Under the pieces are notes generated by a model. That model was not told the origin of the DNA, ran no database searches, and saw only the letters and a program-made list of their open reading frames with translations. A program made the translations under genes and the position numbers. From NCBI RefSeq assembly GCF_964188315.1, contig NC_135668.1, positions 30,008,001 through 30,072,000 of the forward strand: a stretch of 64,000 nucleotides of DNA, given 5' to 3'. The DNA comes from Podarcis muralis. Lineage: Eukaryota. Shown here in pieces: positions 1 through 11,400 of this stretch; position 1 is the first letter of the stretch, and each line of letters starts with the position of its first letter.

Positions 1-724
1 GACGTGCCCCAGGAAGCTTCCACGCACTACCCTTCCCGTGCATGCAAAAAGTGCCCTTAAAAAATTAATAATAATTACATGTTATTCACACAATTTCCCT
101 CCTGTTGCAAGGATGGTGTCTTCTCCAAGCTCCATTTGGTCTGTGGGGAAATGGGACACTAACCTGCCCCAGCCTACCCAGCTCCAAACCTGCTGCCTTC
201 CAGATATTTTGGACTACAACCCCCATCAGTCTCAGCCAGTATAGCTCTGCTTCTATCAGCCCCATCATCATACAGCCATGTTTGCTGGGACTTAAGGGAG
301 CTGTAGTCCCAAAGAGCTGAAGGGCACCAGGTTGGCAGGGCCTGCCTGACTTTATATAACTCATTCATTGCTGCATGTGGAATATGGCTGTGTTAGATGT
401 CATCATCTGGCTTACCTAAGATATATCCAAGGATGTTGAAAATTGTAAGGAGAAAACCCTGGCTCTCTCCCCACATCATTCATAATGTTATAAATCTCTT
501 ATCATACTTCCCCTGGGAACTTTTTCAAAGCTGAGAAGCCCAGGCCGCCTTAGCCTACTGGAAGAAACATCTTCCAGTCCTCTAACTTTCTATTGCCCCT
601 TTCTTCACCTTTCCACAAACTGTGAGCATTTTAGAAACATGACTGTGCTACCAATGTACAGGCCATCAACACGTGGTCCTTGCTGCTTTATTCCCAGCCC
701 CTCGGATCCAAAACTCCCAGGTAC

Positions 725-2445
725 CTTCTCCTTGATGCCGGCCCAGATGATCCGGGTCATCTCGTCACCATCCATCTCCACCACAGGGTTGGCAACTTTG
801 ATCCTTTTGTCAGCATCTGTGGAGAAATGTCAGAATGCTGAAGAGACACCAGAGACAACCTCCAGCACCCAAACAATTGTGTGATGTGGGCTGTGCCAGG
901 GTGCAGATGCTAGAACCACTGGAAGAAAAATCCCAGGGCCTTGGCGTGTGTCTCTATCCCAGCACACCACTCTCAAAACAAATCCTTGTTGGGGTCTAGA
1001 GACTGATAAACTGGAAGCTGCCTGCGCTTCTCCTGCAAGCCTTTCCCCCTTCGTGTATGTAAACAGCAACTGACGACGGTGCTTCTTAAGAATCTGAAGT
1101 ATTTCCCCAGCTCTACTGAGAATAGGCACAACACAGAGTGGAGCTAAAGCAGTCAGGCCAAGGTGCCTGCTGTGTCTACCCTGTGATTGACCCTGGCAGG
1201 AGAGAAAGTGAATTAACTGCTGCCCAGTGGCTCTCTAACTAATCCCAGCTGAGCCCAAAGCCCTGCTGACTTTCACAAGCCATAATCCAAGCACATTCGC
1301 CTGGGGTGAGGCTCCTCCGCTGGGGATCTGCCCGCAGCCCCTTTTCCACAGACTGGACCTGCAACTCCACGGCTCCAGCCAGCCGGTCAAGGGACAAGGT
1401 CACCCTCAGAGGACAGCAGGCACACCCTCCCTCTGCGGCTTCCTCCCTGCCCCTCCGAGAGTGAGCTGGCAAGGCTCTCCAACAGGTCCTGGAGCCAGCT
1501 GCTAGCTGTTCAAAGCAGGAATGGCAGGGCAGGGGGCAGCCAAATCCTCTGTTCGAGATCCACACACAGAGGAAGGAAAAGGAGTCTTGGTCAAGCTGGA
1601 AAGAGGCCTCCACAGGGGCTTACTTAGCCTTAGGGTGTCCATGTGGGGCTCCAGGAGGGGGGGGGGGTCTTCCATGGCGACACAGAAGCAAAGCAACTGC
1701 AGGCCTACATTCCCAGGCCTGGCACAGCCTCAATGAGTCAAGCACCTATATGCAGGCAGGGTCTTAATGCCCCCTCCAGGCCAGCTGTGTGCTGTGCCAG
1801 TTTCTGCTCCATGCAACAGGAACCCGCCAAGCTGGCAAGCCTTCTGCCCGCCAACCCCCCCACTCCGGGCCACTTTCGAGACGGGGCAAAAGAGGGGCTG
1901 GCATGTGGGCCTCGCGTCCCCCAGCTGCAGGTCTCCCAGGAGAGACAATCTGCTCTCCTCCTCCAAGTCTCCCGGTGCCCCGAGGCCGCCCCGGAGTTGA
2001 GCGGGAGCGGCTCCACCCGAGGCGGCTCTAAATATAGTCCCTGGGGAGGCCCAGCATGGCAGGCGGGGCCGAGCGAGCCCAGGCGCAGAGGAAGGCAGCC
2101 GGCGGGGCCCGGCGGGGCATCGCAAGGTCACCGGCGGACAGGGGGGCCGGGGCGCTCCAGGACCCCGCCACACAAGGGCACGGCCATGGCGCCGGGCATC
2201 TTGGAGGGGGCAAACGCCTGGCCGGCTTCTGCGGGGCTAGAGAGGTGGCTCCCGGAGGGGACAGCGCCGGGACCCTCTGCTCTAATCCCCCTCCCTCTTT
2301 CCTCCGCTCCCCCCCCCCCCCGCCACTCACAGTGCCGGTGCGGCGGGCGCTGCGAGACGCTCAGCACCGGGAGCAGCGCGGCAGGAGAGCGGCCCAAAGC
2401 GGCCGAGGCGACGGCCGGAGCAACAGCGCGGAGGTAGTGGGCCAT
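725..2445 (-). CDS. IDH2: Isocitrate dehydrogenase [NADP], mitochondrial; exons 1-2, gene continues left of the window
   Basis: Exon 1 2445-2331 (115 nt, [38 protein letters not shown], transit-peptide-like, donor GTGAGT). Exon 2 816-725 (92 nt, [31 protein letters not shown], acceptor ACAG, donor GTACCT). [14 protein letters not shown] is the eukaryotic NADP-IDH signature; phases fit. Confidence 0.97.
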
Positions 2446-3350
2446 CGTGGCGGCGGACGGAGGAAGAGGAAATGGAGGACGTGCAGGCGGCAGTGGCGGC
2501 GGCGGCGGCAAAGAGGAGAAGCCGAGCAGCCGAGGCGCGCCAGGCGGAGCAGATGGAGCGGCCGCCCGCCTGCCCTGCCCCCTAAGTCACCGCGCTTTGG
2601 TAACCTCCCCGTCGGGGCGGGGCGCCGAGGTCCGAAGCGGACCACCCGGGAAATGGACACGCAGCGGCAGCAGCCATTGTTCTTTTACTGCCCCTTTGGC
2701 TCCCGTGAGTGCCACGCTCTTGCCCTCCCTTGGGCGACAGCATCTCCACTGCCTTTGTTGCCCGCCCCCGCCCCCCCGCGTTACAAATGTGTCCTTCGCG
2801 GGGGCACTGGGCGGTGGGGTGCCCTAGACGCCCAGCACGGAGGGCTACCCAGCTCACTCCCCACTGCTTCGCCTTGTGCTTGGGTAACAGTAGCTGCAAC
2901 CGCCAGACAGGCGGGCGGGCGGGAGCGCCAAGGCCAGGCCTGGCTGCTGATAAAAGACATCCATCGAGACGAGAGACGAAGGCCAGCTTCCCAGGATGCG
3001 CTCCTGTGCTGGACGTGGCCTGCCTGGGCCGCCGTCGGGGCTGAAGGGCATTGGTAGAGCCGGAGGGCATTGCGCCATTTGTTTGCACACTGACGGCAGC
3101 CGCCGGTCGCCACTAATCCAGGAGCTCGCAGCAAGTAGCCCCGGGGAAGAGGGGCCGGAGCGGAGCAGACCAGGGTCCAGGCTGGGCTGGAAGGGCAACC
3201 TTGGCACCCCTGCCTTGCAGGGTGGTGCCCAAGAGAGAAGCCCCATGGGGACTTCCTACGAGGGCCCCTGCTTCCATTTCGCCTGGAGGTGCAAGAAGCC
3301 CTCTTGATAACCCAGCCAAAGGGAGGGGGGAGCCCCTTTGGGAAGGCAGG
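1900..3350. promoter_or_regulatory. CpG island / promoter of IDH2
   Basis: Very GC- and CpG-rich tract spanning IDH2 exon 1 and its upstream region; boundaries approximate. Confidence 0.8.
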
Positions 3351-6300
3351 CGCTGGGCCTGGAGGGTTAGTACCCGCGGACATGGTGGGGGTCGGAGCTG
3401 GCACTGAGCACAGTGCAATCCAAGCAGCCCTTGCTTTGCTCTTGGCTTGAACCACCCAGGGTCAGCACTGGCTGAGCTGTTAAGGTCAAAACACAAGAAC
3501 AGTCTGGCTGCTGGATCAGTCCAAAGAGGGGCCACCCAGAAACCCCAAAAAGAAGGCCATGATCCCCAGCAGCTAGCATTTAGAGGCATCCTGCCTCTGG
3601 CAGTGGAGGTAGCGCAAAGCAATCTCTTCCTTCAATTTCTTTAATCCTTGTATCTGTGGTCAGCCTCAGTTGGAACACATCGCTGTTAAACATCTGTTAG
3701 TCTGCCCCTTATATAGAGACCCAAAAGATCGTTTTCTGAAACCTTTGTTCACAGAAGCAAGCAGGTGCATCCCGGCAGAAACGGTCTAGTTTCCTTTGGG
3801 TGACAATACAGTAATAGCTTTGTAACACACAGCGTGGCCCTCTATTCACCAGCTGCAAATAACTTATCAGGAAAAGGGAGTTCAATAGAACACTATAAAG
3901 TTGTGGTGAGGTTTAATTTTAAATCAAACTGGATTTGAGTTTGTGGGTGTATCTGGCAACCTCTGTCTTACATCACTGATGTTGCCTCATATTATGGATG
4001 TATGATCTCTATTGTTTTATTGGGACTGTGGCTGCAGGTTTCTAGCCTTTGGCTAGAACAATAAACTTTGATTGACTGACACAGCCTGGACCTCGCATGC
4101 TCTCAGGGCAGAAACACAAGAAAGGAGTCACACAAACACACTCACCAGCAACACCACCAATCAGGAAGCAGCCTGCTAAGACCACCCCAGCTTGAGATTG
4201 GGGAGAGAGGAGGAGTTGCCCCTCTGCCCTCTTGGCTGCAAGGCCTCAGCCAGCAGAGCAGTTGAGCAATTTAGACTTTGGACTTAATTCAGTTTAATTC
4301 TGCCCATCACCCCCTTTAGAGTTGTGTGCTGACTGTGTATGGGGTGGCATTGTCCTGCCCATTCTGCCAAGTGGGGGCTTCTGCCCCAAAGCTCTGCCTC
4401 AAGGGCACCATATAGCTGACCCCTACACCTCCACCCATCAAAGTGCCAACCAAACGGGAGCTGGGGAGTCCAGCAGCATGTAGAGGGCCAAAGGCTTGCC
4501 CCACTCCAGTCCTGGTGGAGATGCCACTAAGTTTGATGGGCCAATGTTCTTGACTAGATCAGAGGCAGCATGCATGGACTGCAACTCCCATCAGCCCCAG
4601 GCATAATGAGGCAACAGTGAAGGATGATGGAAGTTGTAGGCAAAGGTCTGCTTTGGAGGTTCCCCTTACCCAGCCTTGCCTACCCAGTGGCTGGCCAGTT
4701 GGACATCCCCCTGGGGAAGAGAGGAGAGGGGGGCAGGAAGTCTAGGGGGCACCAGGGCAGAGCCAGGGTTCCCTGTGTGTGTGAGAGAGGGAATCTCCAG
4801 GGCTGTAGGGGTCACTCAGTCTGGGCTGCACTGCCTCATGCTGAGTGTGAGCACTTGTGACAACAGAATATAACTGCTTCTTTCCTACATGCTCAAAATT
4901 CCTTGACCTTTTCATGCATGAACAGACCAGCCGTCTGTTCTTCGGCTGCTTTCAGTTCTCTGTAATGGATTCCCATCCTTTAGACTACCTATCTGTGAAA
5001 TGGGTAGATGTCTTCTAGAATGACTGTGCATAAGACTGCACTGGACCTGCAGCTTGACATGCTATTTGCCACAGGGCTCACCAGCTGCTTGAGACACCTG
5101 CACTGGGCTCACTCATAGTTGCTACTCATGAGACAATTGGCATCTGAACTGTGTTGTGCTGCTTGGCCATTGGAGATTAGAAAGCACATGTTTTTTGGCG
5201 AACTTCATCCTTGAAGCACCAGCCTCTGCTTCTTGCCTCCTGGGCATGGCTTGTTTGCCCTGAGCCACTGGGCTCCTCCCCTGGCAGCATGCTGGGCTCC
5301 AGGCAAGAGCTGGCCGCTCTGGCCATGACTGGCTTCATCTTGGAGGAGGCCTCCTTGGTGCTGGACAGGCTTAGGCAATGGATCCAGGAGGGGAGAGGGC
5401 TCGTGTGCTCGAATTCTGCTTTCAGGTTTCCCACAGCAGTGGCTGGCTGCTGTGGGTAGAGGATGCAGGACTACATGAGCCCATTTGGCCTGATCTGGCA
5501 GTTTCTTCTTATGTTCCTAGTATTATTTGATTGACTGAGCCAAGGAGCCAGACCCAGAGGCACTCCAAGAGGCCAGCCTGTTTACCTCCCCTACTTAGGA
5601 AGAGGCTTGGTACTGCTCTCCTTCTTACTTGGGCCTCCTTGACTCTGCTTCCCACGGGGCAGGAAAGGGTGCCAGTTTGGCACCCTGGTTGGTTGCAGGC
5701 AGGGTTGGGCACCCTTCCATGCAAACTCTGCATTTTGCCCAGGATCCCTTTCAACAGCAGCTGTGATCTTCTGGAATTGCCAGCCTCGCCAACTTTCAGA
5801 CAAAATCTTTTAATTGAGCACAGACTTGATGACTTAACAGACATTAAAGCACAAAGTTTCCTCATAATTACGGCGTGTAAAATCTTCTCATGGGTTGCAA
5901 AAGTTGTCTTGTTGGATTTAGGCACCGCCTAGACTGTGGTCCTTTGCAGACCGCAATGTGCTTTTCAGGCAGGCCTGGAGAGACAATACGTGTCTCTCAG
6001 CTCCAAGATTAGGCATATTGCATGTTTAGGAGAGGGTGAAAATGGAGTGGCTCTGGCTGCAAAAACGGCACCCCACCCCACCCCCTGTGCCTATACACAA
6101 TGTGTGGCAATGCACAAGTGGCTCTTCTGACATCTCTCACAGAATTAGAGTGAGAAAACGGAAATAGAATCTACACACATATAAAAAACCCACTGTGAAA
6201 ATGCTTTTCTAAAGACCGTTTTGAAAAATACATTGAATTTGCCATTGCTCACTGTCACTATCTAGTGTCACACAACACACTTAAAACGTTTTATTTGCAG

Positions 6301-6877
6301 CTGTGCAGCTGGAGTCCTAGCTCTTGGCAAGACCCCTGAACCTATTGGAACAGGCTGCATATACACACCCTGCTTCTGGACAAACCGAAAACTCACAAGT
6401 GTCTAAATCTGAGGCCCAATTTGAGCTTGAGGACCCTGGCCAAATGGCCATCCTGCCTGCCCCCCCCCCATCGCCCTAATTGGCCCTGATTGTAAAAAGA
6501 TGCAGCCACTCACCAGTAGCAATGATGGCTAGATTCTGGCATTTCTTCTTACCTTCTACTTACCTGTGGTGCAAATATCTTCCGCACTGCATGTACCCAG
6601 AGCCTGAGGTTGCATCTGCAGCATGGACAGATTTGCAGGGTCTGTAGGTCCATGTGTGTTTATGGTACAGAAGCAAAAACACTAGCTTAGATCCAATGAA
6701 GCCGTGTTTGTCTCTTGGACAAACTGGAGGCAAGATTGCAACTTTTTTCATGTGCAGATATTTATAAAGATTCTCTCAAAAAAAAAACCCCACCTATGCT
6801 GCTTGCTAAGGTTCATGCCCATATGGCAATGCTTTCAAAACCAGGATGGTTTAAACAGAAATGTGTCAACTGGATTA

Positions 6878-6995
6878 CAGAGGTTGGATGGCCTCCTGTC
6901 AGGGATTCTTTAGCTGTGATTCCTGCATTGCAAGGGGTTAGACTAGATGGCCCTTGGGGATCCCTTCCAACCCTACAATTCTATGAGTCTATGAT
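6878..6995 (+). mobile_element. CR1 LINE 3' end fragment
   Basis: Ends with GACTAGATGGCCCTTGGGGATCCCTTCCAACCCTACAATTCTATGAGTCTATGAT, the typical CR1 3' terminus with (ATTCTATG)n-like tail. Similar pieces at about 19100-19260, 22780-22930, 33130-33203 and 37265-37400. Confidence 0.75.
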
Positions 6996-8468
6996 CTGGG
7001 CTTGGAAAGTTCGGTTTTGGTCCCATTATATAAATGAACCAATTTATTTGGGATTGGGATTGGTGACTAAAAGTTGCTAGTCTGCATTAGAGTCCTCTTG
7101 TGGTTCTTATTGTGTCTTATTGGTGCATGGTGATTTTATTTAATTTAATTGGCATCTGTGTGTTCCAGACTGGAAGAGAGGTGGGAAGGAAAAGTCACAA
7201 ACAAGCAGAAATAATCTCAGAAGCTTTAAGGGGGGGGGGTATTGACCAGTGAGAACAAACAGGCACCCAAATGCAGAATAGCCAATGGTCAGGGGAGATG
7301 GGAATTGTTGTCCAATAACATCTGGAGAGCCCCCACAGGATACCCCTTCCTACCTAAAGGGCTCCCCAGACAGAAAGGAACACCTGAAAAAAGGAGAAAC
7401 TAAATACTTAGTGGGACGGAATGGGACATAGCATCAGTTGGAGAGCAGAGCAGGAAAGAACAGCCCAGGAAACAAGCAAACAAAGCCAACCCATGACTTC
7501 TCTTGAACTTATAACACATGATAAGCTTCTAAGCTTGACCACTCAGACAGCAGTTAAATGAGGTCCAGGCAACTCTTAAACAAACTGCAAACATAGGAGA
7601 TAGCGCAGCTGAGCTGCAGAACAAAGTACACGATGCGTTGTAAAAATATAAATGAAGAGTATCTCAAACAAGAAGACCTTGAAAAAGATGGCCACCTAAA
7701 GCTTCATTTTCTGACTTTGCTAAAGCAGTAGGGGGTTCAGGCACAGAAATCTCCCTTGGAAGTTGACTTGGCCAGCTCCTGGAACTGGAAGAAATGGGCA
7801 AGGCCTCCATGCACTGAAGGTAAGTCCTGAGCAGGCTTGGAAGCTGGTGCCTCTGAGCCCTGACATGTCTGCGGCCTCCACAATAAAGCATACACGATCT
7901 TTCTCCTCTCATGGAGAAGCAAAGATCCCAGTGGAGGGGACTTGCAAGATTTTTGCACAATAAAACAAAGGAGACAATATTAGCTGAAGCCAGAAAAAAG
8001 ATGCTCACTCAAAGAATTGATTCTACAAACTCCTTTCCTGAAAAATATTTTTATACCACCCTTCATGAATAATACTATGGTGGTTCAAAACAATGCAATT
8101 ATATTAAAACTGGTACATTAAAATATATACAGTAATAAAATACATCACAGGCCAGTCAGATGTCACCCAAAAATGCCTTCTGGGTTGACTTCAGCAAGCA
8201 GGAAAAGCCCATCAACGCTGGTGCCTTATTTCAAAGGAGAGGCCATTCCAGAAGCTGGGTGCCACAACAGAAAAGTCCCTTATTTGGGTTGTTGCAGGAA
8301 GGATCTCAGCACATACGCAAGAGAAGCTCATCCAAGGATCCTTGAATTGGGCTGGTACATACAGGAGAAGGCCTTCCTTCAGGTTCTCTCACTTCATTTA
8401 TACATCAAGAAAAAGAAAGATAAGCACAATATTTAAGGAAACAGGGTTTTTTTATCACCATCATCCAC

Positions 8469-8610
8469 TTTGCATACAGAAGGTCCTAGGCCCAATTTCT
8501 GGTGGCATTTCCAGGTAAGGATGGGAGATAACCCTGCCTGAAACCCTGGAGAGTTTCTGCCAGTCCGTGTAGACAGTGCTAAGCTAGATGGAACAATAGT
8601 CTGGCTCCGG
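8469..8610 (+). mobile_element. Squam3-like tRNA-derived SINE (partial)
   Basis: Contains CCTGCCTGAAACCCTGGAGAG...GTGTAGACA...CTAGATGGA, shared with copies at 38088-38285 and about 63575-63760. Confidence 0.65.
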
Positions 8611-8837
8611 GAAGGACACTTGCTGTGTCTCTGTTACTTTTTCTCTCTCCGTTTTGTCTTTTGCTTCACAACCGGCCTGGAGAACCTGGAATCTCCCTCC
8701 CTCCCTCCCTCCTGCCCTTTCTCCTAGTGAAGGGGTTGCTCTCTTGTGGTTTGGAGGTGTTCTCTTCCCTGCAAGAACCAATACAGCTCAGGACACATTT
8801 TGCTCTTTAACCTTAGTTTTCTTTGGCTGGTTTTCTT

Positions 8838-9292
8838 TTATTTTTTTAAAAAAGATATTTATTAGAATTTTACAACATGAAAAAAGAAAAATACAAAATA
8901 AAAATAGTTAAAAAAAAAAACCATTCCATCTTTTGATCACTTATCTTTCATTTGCTTGTTTCCCGGACCTCCTCACACCTCCCTTTTTGTATTCCCGTTC
9001 AATTTGTTAGTTCAGCAAATCCTTTCCCTCTTTGTTTATCCTAGTCTTTAATCTTAAAATATTGTAACATTAAGTTTTTGTCTGTTAATAGTCCATTTTT
9101 TCATACTCCTTATAGCGTTATAGCTAAAAACCACATAACTTTTTATCCAACATCATTCTAACATTCATTAATTTTACAATATTTCTGTAGGTAATCTTTA
9201 AATTTCTTCCAATCTTCTTCCACCGACTCTTCTCCCTGGTCTCAGATTCTGCCAGTCATTTCTGCCAATTCCATGTAGTCCATCATCTTTGC
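8838..9292 (-). mobile_element. 5'-truncated L1 LINE (ORF2 C-terminus plus 3' UTR)
   Basis: Minus strand reads KMMDYMELAEMTGRI*DQGEESVEEDWKKFKDYLQKYCKINEC*, then an A-rich 3' UTR/tail. Flanked by direct repeat CTGGTTTTCTT at 8827-8837 and 9293-9303 (TSD). Confidence 0.8.
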
Positions 9293-9422
9293 CTGGTTTT
9301 CTTGGCATAATTCTTGGTGGGTTTGAGCTGGAAGCCAAAGACAGTAAATGTTGCTTTCCTTTCTTCTGCTGCTGGCATTTCGCCAAGGAAGATCACTGGA
9401 ACAGACACCTGTCCTTGTAGGG

Positions 9423-10290
9423 CATGGGTTGGCAAACTAAGTTCCACGGGCCAGTTCAGGCCCAATTGCCTTTTAGATCCGGTCTGCGGACGGTCCAGGA
9501 ATCCAGACAGTCAGCGTAGTGCGAGAGCGCGCATGATGGTTTTTGTGACTCAGCCAGGCTTGGGGGTCAAAAGTGAGGCTAGTGGCTGCTCAAGACAAGC
9601 CCCTTCTTCGTCCTCATGCATGCGCAGCAATCATATCTTCCAGGGTTGGGGGTGGGGAAGAGGGAAAAGGAGCCACAGTTTGGATTTCCACCATGGAGCT
9701 GCCGGCAACTGACCTCAAGAAGGGCAGTTGCGGCGGCAGGGGCTTGGAGGCGCCTCGGGAGCGATGCCCGCTGGTGTCTGTGGCGGCGGTGCTCCCCACC
9801 AAAGGAAGCGGGGAGCACCTGGGAGGCTGCACTCCAAAGCAGTTCTGCGCTCTGCTGGGGAGGCCGCTCGTTAGCTACACGGTGTGAGCCATGGAAAGGT
9901 AAATAGCCCGTCGTCGCCTCGTCTTCCCTCACGCAGGGAAAAGAACATTTTTGCTTGAGCGGCACTGGCCTGACTTAGCGTGGCCAACGGCTTTTCCCTG
10001 CACACACGCTCTCCAGGGCTGACAGAAATGGCGCACTTACCTCAGCCTCCCACCCTGCCTTGTGAGAGAAATAATAACTGTCAACGATTAAAACGCAAAT
10101 GAAGCAGCGTGGGTGTATGTGGGAACACCCCCCCCCCAAAAAAATCACATTTGGGCAACGTTGGGGTTGGTCCCAATAAGGGTTTTTGCCAGAAATGTGG
10201 GCCATAATCATGGCAACATAGAGTCCGGCCCCCTACAAGGTCTGAGGGACAGTGGACTGGCCCCCTGCTGAAAATGTTTGTTGACCCCTG
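9423..10290 (+). mobile_element. Non-autonomous hAT element carrying a captured CRPPA 5' gene fragment (Pack-TIR-like)
   Basis: Imperfect TIRs CATGGGTTGGCAAAC (9423) and reverse complement CAGGGGTCAACAAAC (10290). Perfect 8-bp TSD TTGTAGGG at 9415-9422 and 10291-10298. The first ~80 nt and last ~70 nt align to the empty MITE at 39179-39428; the interior is unrelated to it. Confidence 0.9.
9693..9898 (+). pseudogene. CRPPA: Non-processed copy of CRPPA (ISPD, D-ribitol-5-phosphate cytidylyltransferase) exon 1 with premature stop
   Basis: From CCACCATGG: [68 protein letters not shown], matching CRPPA [41 protein letters not shown] (human sequence recalled from memory). TGA at 9885-9887. Phase-2 donor AG|GTAAAT at 9899. 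No other CRPPA exon in the window. Confidence 0.9.
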
Positions 10291-10299
10291 TTGTAGGGG

Positions 10300-11400
10300 C
10301 TTCCCTGGATGAACAAAGGCGCCCCTCCAGGAACCAACCGCCTTATAGGGCTCCATGCGCATCCCGCCATTGCCCACGAGAGGGCGCTGCTCTCTCGCTC
10401 CGTGGCGGCGCCACTTGCTTTCACCTTCGGAAATCCCTTCGATTAATTCCGCATCCTGGAAAATCCTCCCTGCAGGAGCGCCCCCTGGAGGGCATTGATC
10501 GGGTTGCATAAAGAAATGGAAGGGAGCGGTCTCTGCCCGCAAGCGGCTTACAATCATCCTAATAGGCAGCAGGGAATGCTATGGGCGGGGGAGGGGAAGG
10601 ATTTGAACTCGACCCAACCTGGGAGTGGGGAGGAAGCAAAAATCGGGGGCGGGGCTCCTGCTGCTGTCCTCAATGCAGCCCTGGGGGGTTGCCGCTGCTC
10701 CGAGCGGTGGTCAGAAGGGAATCCCACTCCCCCCTGCCAAGAATCAGCCCCACACCTCTCCCTCTTCCACTTCCCCTGACAGAGATTAACGCGCGCCTTG
10801 TCCGTTTCCTCTACTGATTTGGCCAGGAACCGAAAACGGGGGGCGCAGGGGGGGTCTCTCTTGCTGTTTGAAAGGGACCTTCTTTTGCAGCATCTTCGGC
10901 TGACCGGGGTGAGGGTCGTGCTTACCTGCCATAGGGATAGGAGGCGATTCTATCCAGGGGGGCTGGGTGACATTTCGGGGTCCCGCCCCCTCCCCAGCCT
11001 CCGAGCAGCCCGCCACACCCCCGCCTCTGCATTGTGTGGACCCCTCCCCGTATTCAAACCCCCCCCCCCATCTCCTCCCTTTCTTGATGTCACCAGTTGG
11101 TCTGGAAGCACCGCCCCGATCCCTCCCCCCACCCCGACGGCGCCCCGCGATTCCGGCACAGACAGGGAGGGACGCACCACAAAGAAAGGCGACGGCGGGC
11201 CACGGCAGGAGAGGCTGGGGCCGGGGAGAAGGGGTCGCGTCTGTGCAGGAGGTGAGAGAGAGAGAGGCGGGCGGGCGGGCCGGGGGTGTCTCTGCCTTCA
11301 AAGGCTGGCTCTGTGACGGGACTCAGCCCCGAGACCTGTTAGCAGCCAAGACAGACAGTGCCTCTGCCCATGTGCCGAGAGTCTTTTTTCCCGGCAGAGG
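10300..11400 (+). promoter_or_regulatory. GC/CpG-rich element, candidate upstream alternative promoter of SEMA4B
   Basis: CpG-rich. GC box GGGGCGGGGC at 10646-10655, CTCF-like motifs at 10374-10387 (+) and 10478-10491 (-), possible donor GAG|GTGAGA at 11252. Confidence 0.5.

Noticed and set aside
2056-3057. 333-aa plus-strand ORF (and the overlapping 264-aa ORF at 1643-2437) antisense to IDH2 exon 1
   Set aside because: Low-complexity R/G/P/A content, no recognisable domain; typical stop-poor frames of a CpG island.
9693-9898. Interpretation as the real CRPPA gene start or a processed pseudogene
   Set aside because: In-frame TGA, degraded catalytic loop, no further CRPPA exons, and enclosure in TIRs plus TSD argue against the real gene. 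The retained donor and lack of exon 2 or a poly(A) tail argue against retroposition.
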